A stretch of 64,000 nucleotides of DNA from Candidatus Sumerlaeaceae bacterium (GCA_051003195.1 JBPCLP010000020.1:166664-230663); one strand, 5' to 3'; positions 38,298 to 48,054 are shown, numbered from the stretch's first letter. Notes: generated by a model not told the origin, from the sequence alone. Translations and numbers: made by a program.

Positions 38298-39518
38298 CTA
38301 CCTGACGAGGTGCTCCACCAGCTCGTCCAATGATAACTCCTGCCGCTGGCCATCCCGTTGCCGGCGAAAGACTACGTGAGACCACCCATGCATCCCCGTA
38401 GGCGTGTATTGTTCACCTTCGATAACCACGGGCTGCCGTGCGATCGCGCGCATCAGCACCCGCTCGTATCGCGAGCGCGCCAGTGTCCGCTCCGTATATA
38501 GATTATCCCAGCTACATGCGCGACCCACGTCGTGGTAGCAATCCGGTCTTTCCGGCAGTTCCAGCAGCGAGGGCGCGCTACCATGCATCACAGCGCTGAT
38601 GAGTGTGCGCGACAAGGGATCGGCATAATGCCGGATGCTTCGCGAAAAAACGCGAGTAGTAAGCGCCGCGATGTCGCGCAACGACCGGCGACTGCCGTCA
38701 CGGGTGTCCCAGATCGGCGCGTCGATGTCACATTGGAAGGGGTTCTGCGCGAAGCACGAGAATTTAGCTACCCAGCCCTTGCGTGAACTATGGGGTATTG
38801 GCGCAAATTTGCGAAGCACCGCGTAATTGATACGATCCAGCTGATCCAGTTCATAGCTGGGCCAGCTCATCACCTCACGCACGACCGCCACAATAAGTGT
38901 CGCAGTTGCGATGCTGAGAGGTGCGTCAGGTGTAAAGTCCGCTGTAATCTCTATGCGGTTTTGACGTGGACGAACGCCAATTCCAGTGGACTCCCGGTTC
39001 GCCGCCAGTAGCATCACGGGAACTGGAAGAATGTAAGTAAGTAATATAGCCAGCTTGTGCACCGTCCGATGTTTTCCGCGCAATTTTTGCGGCAACTCGA
39101 AGGACACATTATAGTGCGCGCTGAAGCCTGCCAGGTGTACCTCGTGCTGCTTTCGTTCCTCCCACGCGTCGAGTTCCTGCCGTAGAAAATGGATGCTTTC
39201 CCACAGGGACCTGCCAGCGCGAGCAGCACACCCCGGCTCCAGCTCGATCATCGGTGTCGCTACTTCAATGACACCCGTGTCAAAGTATACCGCGCAGCCT
39301 GTAGGCAGGTGATAAGAACGTCCCGTGCGATGCATCATTTTCTGCCGCACGAACGCAGTAGGGGATCCAAAGACATCCTCAGGTTTGGCGGGCTGCCCGT
39401 CCACAAGCAGTGTAAATTCCGCCTCGAGTCCAATCGCAGGCTGCGTTGCCTTTTCCTGCTGCTTGGCAATGAACCGATCAGTCAGCCCACGTTTTTTGCG
39501 TGTGGAGTCCGTCCTCAT
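38298..39518 (-). CDS. Carboxylate-amine ligase of the GS/GCS fold, PafA/Dop-like
   Basis: IGLEAEF, LPTGCAVYFDTGVIEVAT, HYN and NRIEITAD align by eye with the PafA motifs GIETEF, NGARLYLD..HPEYAT, HEN and RRLHVIVGD. Confidence 0.65.
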   Translation of the reverse strand: MRTDSTRKKRGLTDRFIAKQQEKATQPAIGLEAEFTLLVDGQPAKPEDVFGSPTAFVRQKMMHRTGRSYHLPTGCAVYFDTGVIEVATPMIELEPGCAARAGRSLWESIHFLRQELDAWEERKQHEVHLAGFSAHYNVSFELPQKLRGKHRTVHKLAILLTYILPVPVMLLAANRESTGIGVRPRQNRIEITADFTPDAPLSIATATLIVAVVREVMSWPSYELDQLDRINYAVLRKFAPIPHSSRKGWVAKFSCFAQNPFQCDIDAPIWDTRDGSRRSLRDIAALTTRVFSRSIRHYADPLSRTLISAVMHGSAPSLLELPERPDCYHDVGRACSWDNLYTERTLARSRYERVLMRAIARQPVVIEGEQYTPTGMHGWSHVVFRRQRDGQRQELSLDELVEHLVR

Positions 39519-40138
39519 GTTACAACCTCCTCCAGCAGGCCGGAATCCACACGCACATGATGCGGCACAGCCAGCACAAAGCCAATATCAAGGTGCAGGT
39601 GGTCATCCGTTTCTTCCGCACCATCCGGGCTTGGATGTGTCGACACGCCTGGTACTACTTCTCGGGCAAGGCTTGCGCAGCGGTTAATCTTATCCGGGTT
39701 GTCGAGCAGGTTGTCACCCACGCGGTACACGTCAACTGCCGTAGCCCAACAATGCAGGGATGCCCGGCACGTAAGTGCATGCTGCGGCGAGCGGTAGCCG
39801 CCATTAGTGGCGATATGCACCGGTCCAACTTTGTCACGGAAACGCTGCAGGGCCATAGCCATGAGGGTAACGGCACATGGCACATAGCGGGGGAAAGAGC
39901 GCAGTGGTTCGGCTTCGCGAACATCGGTCTGGATAAACTCCCACAAGCCAAGGTTTGGTGTAAGCTGTGTCTCTTTTGCAGCTTCCCAGCTCGGAATTTC
40001 GTAGAAAAAGCGTGGCAGCACACGCGAGTGGCCGTGGTTGTCGCGCAATGCTCCACCGGGCTTGAGTGCATTTCGAAACTCGGCCGGCAGTCGCAGCCCA
40101 TCGATGATCTGCAGTTTCATCGCCGCTACCTCAGGCAT
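39515..40138 (-). CDS. Peptidase M15-like (D-Ala-D-Ala Zn-peptidase, LAS fold)
   Basis: GGYRS, S-x-H-x6-D (SLHCWATAVD) and H-x-H-x-D (HLHLD) Zn-ligand motifs; overlaps both neighbours. Confidence 0.8.
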   Translation of the reverse strand: MPEVAAMKLQIIDGLRLPAEFRNALKPGGALRDNHGHSRVLPRFFYEIPSWEAAKETQLTPNLGLWEFIQTDVREAEPLRSFPRYVPCAVTLMAMALQRFRDKVGPVHIATNGGYRSPQHALTCRASLHCWATAVDVYRVGDNLLDNPDKINRCASLAREVVPGVSTHPSPDGAEETDDHLHLDIGFVLAVPHHVRVDSGLLEEVVT

Positions 40139-41027
40139 GGGGCACATCCCGTGTCAGCAGTAAGAAAACTTCCTTTGAAATGGTGGCGATCGTTGCAGAA
40201 CGGCCGATTCCGAGTTCAGCCGGCCATTCTGTCAGGACAGAAAGAATGTACGGCTTGCGCCCTGGAACAAATACGATCCCCGCGTCATGGGCGATCGTCG
40301 AGATTTCACCCGTCTTATTCGCCACGCGCACTTCGCGTGGGAGACGAGCGGGAATCCCCCTTTTAAATTCCTGCGCACATAAAATATCGAGCATCTGCTG
40401 CGACAGTTCGGGCGAAAAAGCCTTCTTCTCTGCAATCACGCGCAGCAGTTGAACAAGTCCCTGGGCCGTCACCCGGTTGTTCATGCCCGCCGCCCATGCC
40501 CGTTCGTCCTCCACTCCGCGGCGCACATCGATTCCTGTGACATGCATCTGCTCCAGAGCAAAGTGCACCTCGCCAAGCCCAACAAGATCTAAGAGTAGAT
40601 TTGCGGCGAGGTTGCTGCTGGTCACAATCATGTGGCGAGCCAACTCCACCACCGACATTGTTTTGCCGATGGCAGCCTGTACTTCGGCATTTGCGTCTCT
40701 CTCCCCATTGACACGAAAAGGGCGACCGTCCAACGCGCTGTGAAAACGGTTTCGCACATGTAGCCGGGCGTTGGGGTGCAGCAGCTGGCGATGGATGGAA
40801 GAAAATACTCCAGCAAGGATCGCCAGCTTGATAGTACTCGCAGCGTGAAACCAACGCTCACCATTGTAAGCTGAAGCGGATCCCGTCTCTTCATCGTATA
40901 GAGCAACAGCAAGGGCAGTGGCTCCTGCAGAGCGTTCCAGTTCTTCAAGACGCGATGTAATTTGATTCAGCAAGGGCTGCCGGTTTGCCCGCCTGCGTTT
41001 AGGGTGATCAAGCACATACGTGAACAT
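40131..41027 (-). CDS. Class A beta-lactamase-like serine hydrolase
   Basis: SxxK (ASTIK), SxN (SSN), KTG, HDAG; no signal peptide visible. Confidence 0.88.
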   Translation of the reverse strand: MFTYVLDHPKRRRANRQPLLNQITSRLEELERSAGATALAVALYDEETGSASAYNGERWFHAASTIKLAILAGVFSSIHRQLLHPNARLHVRNRFHSALDGRPFRVNGERDANAEVQAAIGKTMSVVELARHMIVTSSNLAANLLLDLVGLGEVHFALEQMHVTGIDVRRGVEDERAWAAGMNNRVTAQGLVQLLRVIAEKKAFSPELSQQMLDILCAQEFKRGIPARLPREVRVANKTGEISTIAHDAGIVFVPGRKPYILSVLTEWPAELGIGRSATIATISKEVFLLLTRDVPHA

Positions 41028-41279
41028 TAGCGCACATTGTGCAGCAAGCCGGATGCCCGCTGCCTGTGGACAATTCCGGAACGTGACGACCTGCTTTTGT
41101 CAGGCTGATTATTTGACCAGCGGACAACCTGTGTCGCAATTCGTACTGCGCTGCTAACATTCCTTACGTTAGGGAATGAAGCTTTTGGAAGTTGGACGGT
41201 ATAGGCTAACGTCACAGCAGTTCTGCTGCGATCCTGCCGTTTTCCTAAAACCTTCCAGTGAAGCGACTCCCTTCATAAT

Positions 41280-41891
41280 ATGATTCTGGGTTTAACCGGT
41301 TCGCTGGGAAGCGGGAAAAGCACGGTGGCGGAGATGATCCGGGAACTCACCGGCGCGGTTGTAATCGATGCCGATGAAATCACTTATCAGCTCCAGGCGC
41401 CGGGTGGTGCAGCATACGGCAGAATCGCGGAGGCTTTCGGGCCTGAAATCGTGAAGCCCGACGGTACCCTGGACAGGAAAAAGCTGGGTGCTATGGTGTT
41501 CGCGGACGAGGCCAAAAGGCAGGTACTCAACGGAATCGTGCATCCGCTGGTGCGACAGGAGCAACTTCGGCATCTCGACGAACACCGGTCGGATCCGCTG
41601 GTGGTTCTCATGGTTCCGCTGTTGTTCGAAGCACAAATGGAGTCGCTTGCAGATCGAGTTGTTGTTGTAACAGTAAACGAAGCCGCGCGCCGCGAAAGAT
41701 TGTGGTTGCGCTCGGCCATGCAGGCCGATGAAGTGGAGCGACGACTTCGTACACAAATGAACCAGGAAGAGAAGGCCAGGCGGGCCGATTTCCTGGTAGA
41801 TAACAGTGGTGCGCTGGATGCAACGCGCCAACAGGTTTCGGAGCTGTTACGGGCACTCGGTGTTTCAAGCCGTGCCGGCTTCTCCAGCTAG
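41280..41891 (+). CDS. coaE: Dephospho-CoA kinase
   Basis: GLTGSLGSGKSTV, IDAD, LDRKKLG, IVHP, PLLFE, DNSG. Confidence 0.95.
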   Translation: MILGLTGSLGSGKSTVAEMIRELTGAVVIDADEITYQLQAPGGAAYGRIAEAFGPEIVKPDGTLDRKKLGAMVFADEAKRQVLNGIVHPLVRQEQLRHLDEHRSDPLVVLMVPLLFEAQMESLADRVVVVTVNEAARRERLWLRSAMQADEVERRLRTQMNQEEKARRADFLVDNSGALDATRQQVSELLRALGVSSRAGFSS

Positions 41892-42027
41892 TTCACAACT
41901 TCTTCCCTGCGTTTCGGGGCGCATGGAAAGTTTCACCCACCCGGAATGGAGGCATTGCACCACGTGATGCTTCCGCACATCAAATCCTGACGGTGCAATG
42001 CCGCAGGAAACAGAATAGGCAGAAGCA

Positions 42028-43353
42028 ATGAGCAAAACAGCCGACGCGGCAGTGGAAGAAACCCCCGTAAGTCCCACGGGCACCCAGTCGCAGCAACAAT
42101 ACGATGTCGAGGCGCTGAAGAAGCTGACCATCGCGCAACTCAGTGAGATTGCGCGGCAACTTAATATCGAGGCTTACAGCAGCCTTCGCAAACAGGACCT
42201 GATCTTCGCGATTCTCCAGGTAGACACGCGTTCAAAACAGTCCAACGAATTGCACGGCGAAGGCGTACTCGAAATCCTGCCGGACGGCTTCGGCTTTCTG
42301 CGCAGTCCAAACTATAATTATCTGCCGGGCCCCGACGATATCTACGTTTCACCGTCGCAGATTCGCCGTTTCAATCTGCGCAAAGGCGATCACGTAACAG
42401 GTACCGTACGTCAACCCAAGGAGAGCGAACGTTACTTCGCACTCGTGAAGGTCGACGCGATCAACAATGAGCCACCCGAAGCCGCGCGGGAGAAAACACT
42501 TTTCGACAACCTGACTCCGCTCTATCCGCACGAACGCCTGAAGCTGGAAACCGAGCCGCGCCGTTTCACAACACGCGTGATGGACCTTATGGTGCCGGTC
42601 GGCAAAGGGCAACGCGCGCTGATTGTGGCGCCTCCACGCACGGGAAAGACCGTCATCCTTCAGCATATTGCTAATGCCATCACTACCAACCACCCTGAGG
42701 TTGTGCTTCTTGTACTGCTCATTGATGAGCGTCCGGAGGAAGTCACCGACATGGAACGCAGCGTAAAGGGCGAGGTCGTCAGCTCGACCTTCGATGAGCC
42801 CGCAGATCGTCACGTGCAGGTTGCGGAAATGGTGATCGAAAAAGCAAAGCGTATGGTCGAGTATGGCAAAGACGTCGTCATTCTGCTCGATTCGATTACC
42901 CGTCTTGCGCGCGCTTACAACACGATCGTTCCGCCGAGCGGCAAGGTGCTGACCGGCGGCGTCGATTCGAACGCGCTACATCGACCTAAACGCTTCTTTG
43001 GCGCAGCACGTAATATTGAAGAAGGCGGTTCGCTAACCATTATCGCAACTGCACTCGTCGAGACTGGCAGCAAGATGGACGACGTGATCTTCGAAGAGTT
43101 TAAAGGCACCGGCAATTGTGAGGTAAACCTGGATCGCAAGTTAGCCGACCGGCGCATTTTCCCCGCGATTGATCTGCTGCGCAGCGGTACTCGCAAAGAA
43201 GAGCTTCTGCTACCAGACAAGACGTTGAGTCGTGTGTGGCTACTTCGCAAGGTGCTCACCGAAATGAGTCCCGTGGAAGCCATGGAATTCCTGCTCGAGC
43301 GACTCGGAAAAACCAAACACAACCAGGACTTCCTCGAAGCGATGAACCAGTAG
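42028..43353 (+). CDS. rho: Transcription termination factor Rho
   Basis: [61 protein letters not shown]. Confidence 0.98.
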   Translation: MSKTADAAVEETPVSPTGTQSQQQYDVEALKKLTIAQLSEIARQLNIEAYSSLRKQDLIFAILQVDTRSKQSNELHGEGVLEILPDGFGFLRSPNYNYLPGPDDIYVSPSQIRRFNLRKGDHVTGTVRQPKESERYFALVKVDAINNEPPEAAREKTLFDNLTPLYPHERLKLETEPRRFTTRVMDLMVPVGKGQRALIVAPPRTGKTVILQHIANAITTNHPEVVLLVLLIDERPEEVTDMERSVKGEVVSSTFDEPADRHVQVAEMVIEKAKRMVEYGKDVVILLDSITRLARAYNTIVPPSGKVLTGGVDSNALHRPKRFFGAARNIEEGGSLTIIATALVETGSKMDDVIFEEFKGTGNCEVNLDRKLADRRIFPAIDLLRSGTRKEELLLPDKTLSRVWLLRKVLTEMSPVEAMEFLLERLGKTKHNQDFLEAMNQ

Positions 43354-43374
43354 AAAAAGTAATTCGACACGAAT

Positions 43375-43409
43375 GAAAGCGGCCCTCACTGGGCCGCTTT
43401 CGCTTTTTT
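43375..43409 (+). terminator. Intrinsic terminator after rho
   Basis: 11-bp stem GAAAGCGGCCC/GGGCCGCTTTC, 5-nt loop, followed by GCTTTTTT. Confidence 0.85.
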
Positions 43410-43454
43410 GGGCAATCACCAACCCGGTGAGTATCGTGGTACAAAGTAGTTCCT

Positions 43455-43640
43455 CGGCGAATGTCATGACCTCACTTGCGTTCATTCGCGGGGGACTTCC
43501 GCTGGTACGGAGCCATGGTGCGGGTGCGGCCGGACGACATTCGATTGGCACCGGTGTAATGGGTGGAATGATCGCGGCTACACTGCTGGCGGTTCTATTC
43601 GTCCCTATGTTCTACGTCATCATTTGGAGCGTATACGAGG
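43455..43640 (+). pseudogene. Remnant of an AcrB/MexB-type RND efflux pump (last two TM helices)
   Basis: [54 protein letters not shown] matches RND TM11-12; the rest of the protein is absent. Confidence 0.8.
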
Positions 43641-43694
43641 CACGCCAGCTGCCGAACACATGCCGCACGAAGCTTCGACTGCACCTCTGCAAGA

Positions 43695-44486
43695 TTAGCG
43701 TTTGCCAGACCTGAGTGAACTTGCTTTCGATTGCGATTCGTTGAGCATCGATTCAATATCCGCAGACTCCAACCGCTGGGCCTTCAGCACAAAGAACGAC
43801 GTGTCAGGGTCCGAAAGTTTCAGCGATCCCGTAGTTGCATTCTGTATGGGTCGGCCAAGCTGCATCGGAAAAGCGCGCGTGCTGACGATCACCGCACCCA
43901 CACGGCCTTGGTCGTCAATTACAGGTCCGCCGCTGGCACCGCCAGGCAGTTTCGCATCGAGATAAAGAAAGTCGTCATCTATTGCGACAGCAAATGCCTC
44001 GAAGGTCGAAACTTTATGTTCAGGCCAACTATGGTCGAGCGCAAAGAGTATCGGGATGAAATAGTTTCTTTTCTCAGGAAACGGAACGCTGGAAAACCTG
44101 AGCGGGCGTACTCTCGCGGGGAGCGGCTCGCATGGAACGAGTACCGCAAGGTCGCGCTGCTCGTGCCGGTAGCGGACGTCTGCGAAAACCGCGAGAGTGC
44201 CGGTTGTTGTCGCGAGCTGAAGAATGCAGGCGTCGCCCGGCACGACGTGCGCAGCGGTGAGCACCGTGCCGCTTTGGGTTATAAAGAACCCTGTTCCTAA
44301 AAAATCGGGGCCAAGAAACGTAGCGTCGGGCGGGTATATATAAACGAGAGACTCGCCAATTCCAAGGTCGGAATTCGTTTGAGGCGACGAAGTGTGAGCG
44401 CTCTGGCGTCGCGCAGCTGGGAGTTGTTGCCCGAGTGAAAGCACGACACAACAGATCGCGAGTGGGTGCATGAGTGTCGAAAGCAT
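43695..44486 (-). CDS. Trypsin-like (S1) serine protease
   Basis: GTGFF, catalytic triad motifs TAAH, DLAVL and GASGGP. Confidence 0.8.
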   Translation of the reverse strand: MLSTLMHPLAICCVVLSLGQQLPAARRQSAHTSSPQTNSDLGIGESLVYIYPPDATFLGPDFLGTGFFITQSGTVLTAAHVVPGDACILQLATTTGTLAVFADVRYRHEQRDLAVLVPCEPLPARVRPLRFSSVPFPEKRNYFIPILFALDHSWPEHKVSTFEAFAVAIDDDFLYLDAKLPGGASGGPVIDDQGRVGAVIVSTRAFPMQLGRPIQNATTGSLKLSDPDTSFFVLKAQRLESADIESMLNESQSKASSLRSGKR

Positions 44487-44637
44487 GGATGCAAATCACT
44501 CGCGACAGGCACTGTATGCAAGCGCTTGCGCGCCGCATTCCTGTTGCATGCAGTGTCTGCTGCGTCAACGACGGACCGCGCCTTCGGCGGCTCTTCAGGC
44601 CTGAGGCGCTAAGAACTTTCTCAAGGCAGGTAATACG

Positions 44638-45063
44638 ATGGCAACTCCATCCGATATTAAAATCACAGTCACGGACCGCGCGGGCCGTTCATGCGCGAGC
44701 AGCGGTTCCAAATGGGAACCGGCTATGGGTTACTCACGAGCAGTACGGGCCGGGAAGTTTATCGCTGTAACCGGGAGCGTAGGTATCAACGCAGATGGTA
44801 CGTACTCGGATTCCATGGGTGACCAGGCACGCCGCAGCTTCCAGATCATCCGTGCGGCGGTGGAAGCGCTGGGTGGACGTATAGATCATGTTATTCGCAC
44901 GCGCATGTATGTCACCGATGTGACGAAGTGGGAAGAGGTGGCGAAGGTTCACGGAGAACTATTCGCTGATATTCGCCCCGCCACGACCATTGTCGAGGTC
45001 GCTCGGCTCATCGACGATGCCGCGCTGATCGAGATCGAGGCAGACGCGGTCATCCCCGATTAA
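44638..45063 (+). CDS. RidA/YjgF family protein
   Basis: WE..MGYSRAVRAG, VIRTRMYVTD, RPATT, IEIEADA. Confidence 0.9.
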   Translation: MATPSDIKITVTDRAGRSCASSGSKWEPAMGYSRAVRAGKFIAVTGSVGINADGTYSDSMGDQARRSFQIIRAAVEALGGRIDHVIRTRMYVTDVTKWEEVAKVHGELFADIRPATTIVEVARLIDDAALIEIEADAVIPD

Positions 45064-45150
45064 TAAATCCCAGAACAGCTGTGGATAACTTGTGAAATAA
45101 TCGGTCAAAAAGTCGAGAAAAAGCTTGGAATACGGTTTTTCACTGATTGT

Positions 45151-45326
45151 CTGTTTTGCCAACGCTGAGAAAGGAGGGATCCAATTGAGTTATCACAGTT
45201 GCAGCGAGGTGGCTGAGGTCTAGCCTCTCCCGGTTCTCCAACGGCAAGTATCGTTGACCGGTGTGACAAGCTGGCCAATTTCAACGGTTCACCGTCCTGC
45301 GCCGTCCGCGTCTCAGCGCAAAACGG
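45151..45326 (+). ncRNA. Candidate structured RNA or small-peptide mRNA
   Basis: 45151-45170 pairs with 45311-45326 (16 bp including one G-U, with a 4-nt bulge); internal hairpins; extended SD and 12-codon ORF inside; terminator follows. Confidence 0.5.
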
Positions 45327-45354
45327 CTCGCTAACCAAAAGTCAGGATCTTTTT

Positions 45355-45390
45355 ACCCTCCGGGCTGCCGTAGCTCGGAGGGTTTTCCTT
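45355..45390 (+). terminator. Intrinsic terminator
   Basis: 12-bp stem ACCCTCCGGGCT/AGCTCGGAGGGT (one G-U) followed by TTTCCTT. Confidence 0.75.
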
Positions 45391-45456
45391 TGAACAGTCG
45401 AGCTTCACTACCGATTGAGCGTTGCATTCGAGCCAATCGCGATCTGAGCATCCCGT

Positions 45457-45825
45457 ATGCCTCCCAAACTGATATCGAACCCCACCCGCATTACGGCCGC
45501 GGGAAACAAGCCGAAGCTGATTGACGAATACATTGGCGCGATAAACAGCGGCACGACCGCACTCAGCGTCGCGCATATGCGCAGCCCGGGCGGGTGGGTC
45601 GAGCCGGGGCAACGGCCTGAGTTTGATGAGTTCACCATCGTGCTGCGTGGTGCGCTGCTCGTGGAGCACGAGGGCGGCGAGCCGTTGCAGGTGTCTGCAG
45701 GGCAGGCCGTGCATACTCAAGCCGGCGAGTGGGTACGATACAGTACCCCAGGCGAGGATGGCTGCGAGTACATCGCGGTCTGCTTGCCAGCCTTTTCACC
45801 CGACACGGTACACCGGGATGGGTGA
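45457..45825 (+). CDS. Cupin domain protein (EutQ-like)
   Basis: GWVEPGQRPEFDE..VLRG.L, AGQAV...GEWVRYSTP. Confidence 0.88.
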   Translation: MPPKLISNPTRITAAGNKPKLIDEYIGAINSGTTALSVAHMRSPGGWVEPGQRPEFDEFTIVLRGALLVEHEGGEPLQVSAGQAVHTQAGEWVRYSTPGEDGCEYIAVCLPAFSPDTVHRDG

Positions 45826-45831
45826 ATACTC

Positions 45832-46302
45832 ATGCGATCCTTGTACGGCTCGCCCGTTGACGACGAGTATTCTACCTGCCGTAGCACTTATGCCACGCTC
45901 CGCCTCTATCCTGGAAACCTTTCGCCTGAAGAGGTGACACAGGCTCTCGATCTCGAACCCGACTCGATTCAAATAAAAGGTAGGACTGTGAATGGGCGAA
46001 AAGTTAAATTAAACGGCTGGTTTCTTTGCTCTGAAAGGCACGTCCAGTCCAGAGATTCGCGGAGACACATTTCGTGGCTGCTCGACCTTCTGGAACCGCG
46101 GAAAGCTGCTTTTCAGTTGCTGGAGGAACGCGGGTGTGGTGGCGATATTGCCTGTATGTGGGACTCGAAATACGGCCATGGTGGACCGACATTGGATCCC
46201 GATATCATGCGAAGATTGGCCGATTTAAATTTGGAGATTTGGTTCGATGTTTACGCTAAAGACATAAACATAATAGACGGCGCAATCGTCGACAATCTGT
46301 AG
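45832..46302 (+). CDS. DUF4279-like protein
   Basis: LSPEEVTQALDLEPD, HISWLLDLL, L..DIMRRLADLNLEIWFDVY pattern. Confidence 0.7.
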   Translation: MRSLYGSPVDDEYSTCRSTYATLRLYPGNLSPEEVTQALDLEPDSIQIKGRTVNGRKVKLNGWFLCSERHVQSRDSRRHISWLLDLLEPRKAAFQLLEERGCGGDIACMWDSKYGHGGPTLDPDIMRRLADLNLEIWFDVYAKDINIIDGAIVDNL

Positions 46303-46503
46303 AGAGTTTCCATTCTTACCGCCCTATCGTATTTTCGGGTGAGCGGCCTTTTCCGTCTCCCGTTGCAGGAGGGAATGTTCTTACGTTTCCGGAATACACG
46401 CTTGCAGAGGCGTTTTCACGGCGCGGCAATGCGCTTGTACTTTTTGATGAAATGAGAAACGCGAATGGCGGAGCAGGGCACCGGCAGAAATCGAAGTCAC
46501 TCC

Positions 46504-47658
46504 ATGGAGACAACACGCCTCCATCGGGCGAAGGTTCGAAACGTCATAATCATAGGTAGCGGCCCCGCCGGGCTTACTGCCGCGCTCTATACCGCCCGCG
46601 CCAACCTTAAACCCCTGGTGCTGGAAGGCGATGGGTTTGAACACACGACGCCCGGCGGTCAGCTCATGATGACGAGCGAAGTTGAGAACTATCCCGGCAT
46701 GTACAAATTTCGCCTTGGAACGGACGGAGGCGGCAACGCTCGGGCGGATATCGACGAGTTTCTGACCGGGCCCCAAATGATGGCGATCATGCGTGCGCAG
46801 GCGCAGCATTTTGGCGCCGAATGCCACCCGAAGCGCGTCACTGCCGTCGACTTCGCCTGCCGCCCATTAAGGGTCGAAGTGGACGAGGAAAAGTATTACT
46901 CCGAATCGGTGATCATTTCCACCGGCGCGACCGCCAAATGGCTCGGCATCCCGAGTGAAGAGGAATATAAAAACCTGGGTGTAACGGCATGTGCCACGTG
47001 CGATGGTGCCTTGTTCAAAGGTAAGGACGTTCTCGTGGTAGGCGGCGGTGATACGGCCATGGAAGAAGCCACCTACCTCACACGGCACTGCAAGACGGTT
47101 ACGATCGTGCACCGTCGTGACGAGTTCCGGGCGTCGCGCATCATGCTCGACCGCGCGAAGGCCAACACCGAGCAGATCAAGTGGCTGCTCAATTCCCAGA
47201 TCGTGGAAGTCTTCGGAAAACAGGACGGGATGCGGAAGTTCATGACTGGTGTCCGGGTAAAGGACACAGTCACAGGAGACGAACGTGAAGTGCCCGCCGA
47301 CGGCCTTTTCATGGCCATCGGCCACAAGCCGAACACCGATATCTTCGAGGGACAGCTCGACATGGATGATCTCGGGTACATCCGGACCCGTGGACGTTCA
47401 ACCCTGTGTAATAAGACCGACGGAGAGATGCTTCCCGGTGTCTTCGCGTGTGGCGATTGCCAGGATCACGTGTACCGCCAGGCAGTAACGGCCGCAGGAA
47501 CCGGTTGCATGGCTGCCATTGATTCCGAAAGGTTTATCACGTCTAACCCCATACTGTACGGTATTGAACAGGCGGATAGCCCCTCTTATATGAACCTTAT
47601 GGCGGCAGCACAGGAAAAGGCAGACGACATGCCAGTCAAAGAACCGACGATGTTTTAG
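46504..47658 (+). CDS. trxB: Thioredoxin reductase
   Basis: IIGSGPAG, GGQL, VENYPG, CATC active site, GGGDTAMEEA, HRRD, YRQAVTAAGTGC. Confidence 0.95.
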   Translation: METTRLHRAKVRNVIIIGSGPAGLTAALYTARANLKPLVLEGDGFEHTTPGGQLMMTSEVENYPGMYKFRLGTDGGGNARADIDEFLTGPQMMAIMRAQAQHFGAECHPKRVTAVDFACRPLRVEVDEEKYYSESVIISTGATAKWLGIPSEEEYKNLGVTACATCDGALFKGKDVLVVGGGDTAMEEATYLTRHCKTVTIVHRRDEFRASRIMLDRAKANTEQIKWLLNSQIVEVFGKQDGMRKFMTGVRVKDTVTGDEREVPADGLFMAIGHKPNTDIFEGQLDMDDLGYIRTRGRSTLCNKTDGEMLPGVFACGDCQDHVYRQAVTAAGTGCMAAIDSERFITSNPILYGIEQADSPSYMNLMAAAQEKADDMPVKEPTMF

Positions 47659-47709
47659 AATGAAGGTTTTGGATGTCGGTTCAGGCCCCTCAAGAGAATC
47701 ATCCCAACC

Positions 47710-47727
47710 TTGTGATTTTTTTCACAA
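47710..47727. promoter_or_regulatory. Rex/CRP-type palindromic operator upstream of the atp operon
   Basis: TTGTGA-TTTTTT-TCACAA, 7 bp upstream of a TTGACA hexamer at 47735-47740. Confidence 0.65.
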
Positions 47728-47790
47728 ATCCCCCTTGACACCCCCCGCCCCGAAATCGAGTTTTTGCCCCGGTTTGGCGGAGGTATACCC

Positions 47791-48054
47791 ATGAATATGG
47801 AACCTGACGCCGAACCACCCCGGAAGAAAAGATCCGGCATTGGCACGGCTGCTTTGGCCTTGTCGATACCCGGAATCATGCTTGCAGCGCCAATTGTGTC
47901 TTGCCTGATTGGCGTCTGGCTCGACCGGAAATTCGGAACGGGTTCGAAATTCACGATCATATTTCTCGTGATCGGGTTGGCCGCTGCTGGCCGCGAAACG
48001 TACCGTCTCATAAAAAGAATTAGTCGTGAGCAGGACGAACTGGAAAAGAAGTGA
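47791..48054 (+). CDS. atpZ: AtpZ/AtpI family (ATPase gene 1) small membrane protein
   Basis: IG.WLDRKFGT two-TM signature; SD ggaggt; first gene of the atp operon. Confidence 0.8.
   Translation: MNMEPDAEPPRKKRSGIGTAALALSIPGIMLAAPIVSCLIGVWLDRKFGTGSKFTIIFLVIGLAAAGRETYRLIKRISREQDELEKK

Noticed and set aside
38298..39518. Canonical Pup/UBact-proteasome locus
   Set aside because: No small GGE/GGQ-ending ORF, proteasome subunit or ARC ATPase gene nearby.
43373..43714. 113-aa ORF as an intact gene
   Set aside because: Its start lies in the rho terminator; only the central part is RND-derived, so it is treated as a remnant.
45080..45088. Perfect DnaA box (TGTGGATAA) as evidence for an origin
   Set aside because: Only one box with no cluster; compatible with chance or a single regulatory site.
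45171..45184. 16S rRNA 3'-end fragment on the minus strand
   Set aside because: Similarity is limited to about 14 nt and the flanks are not rRNA-like; better read as an extended SD.
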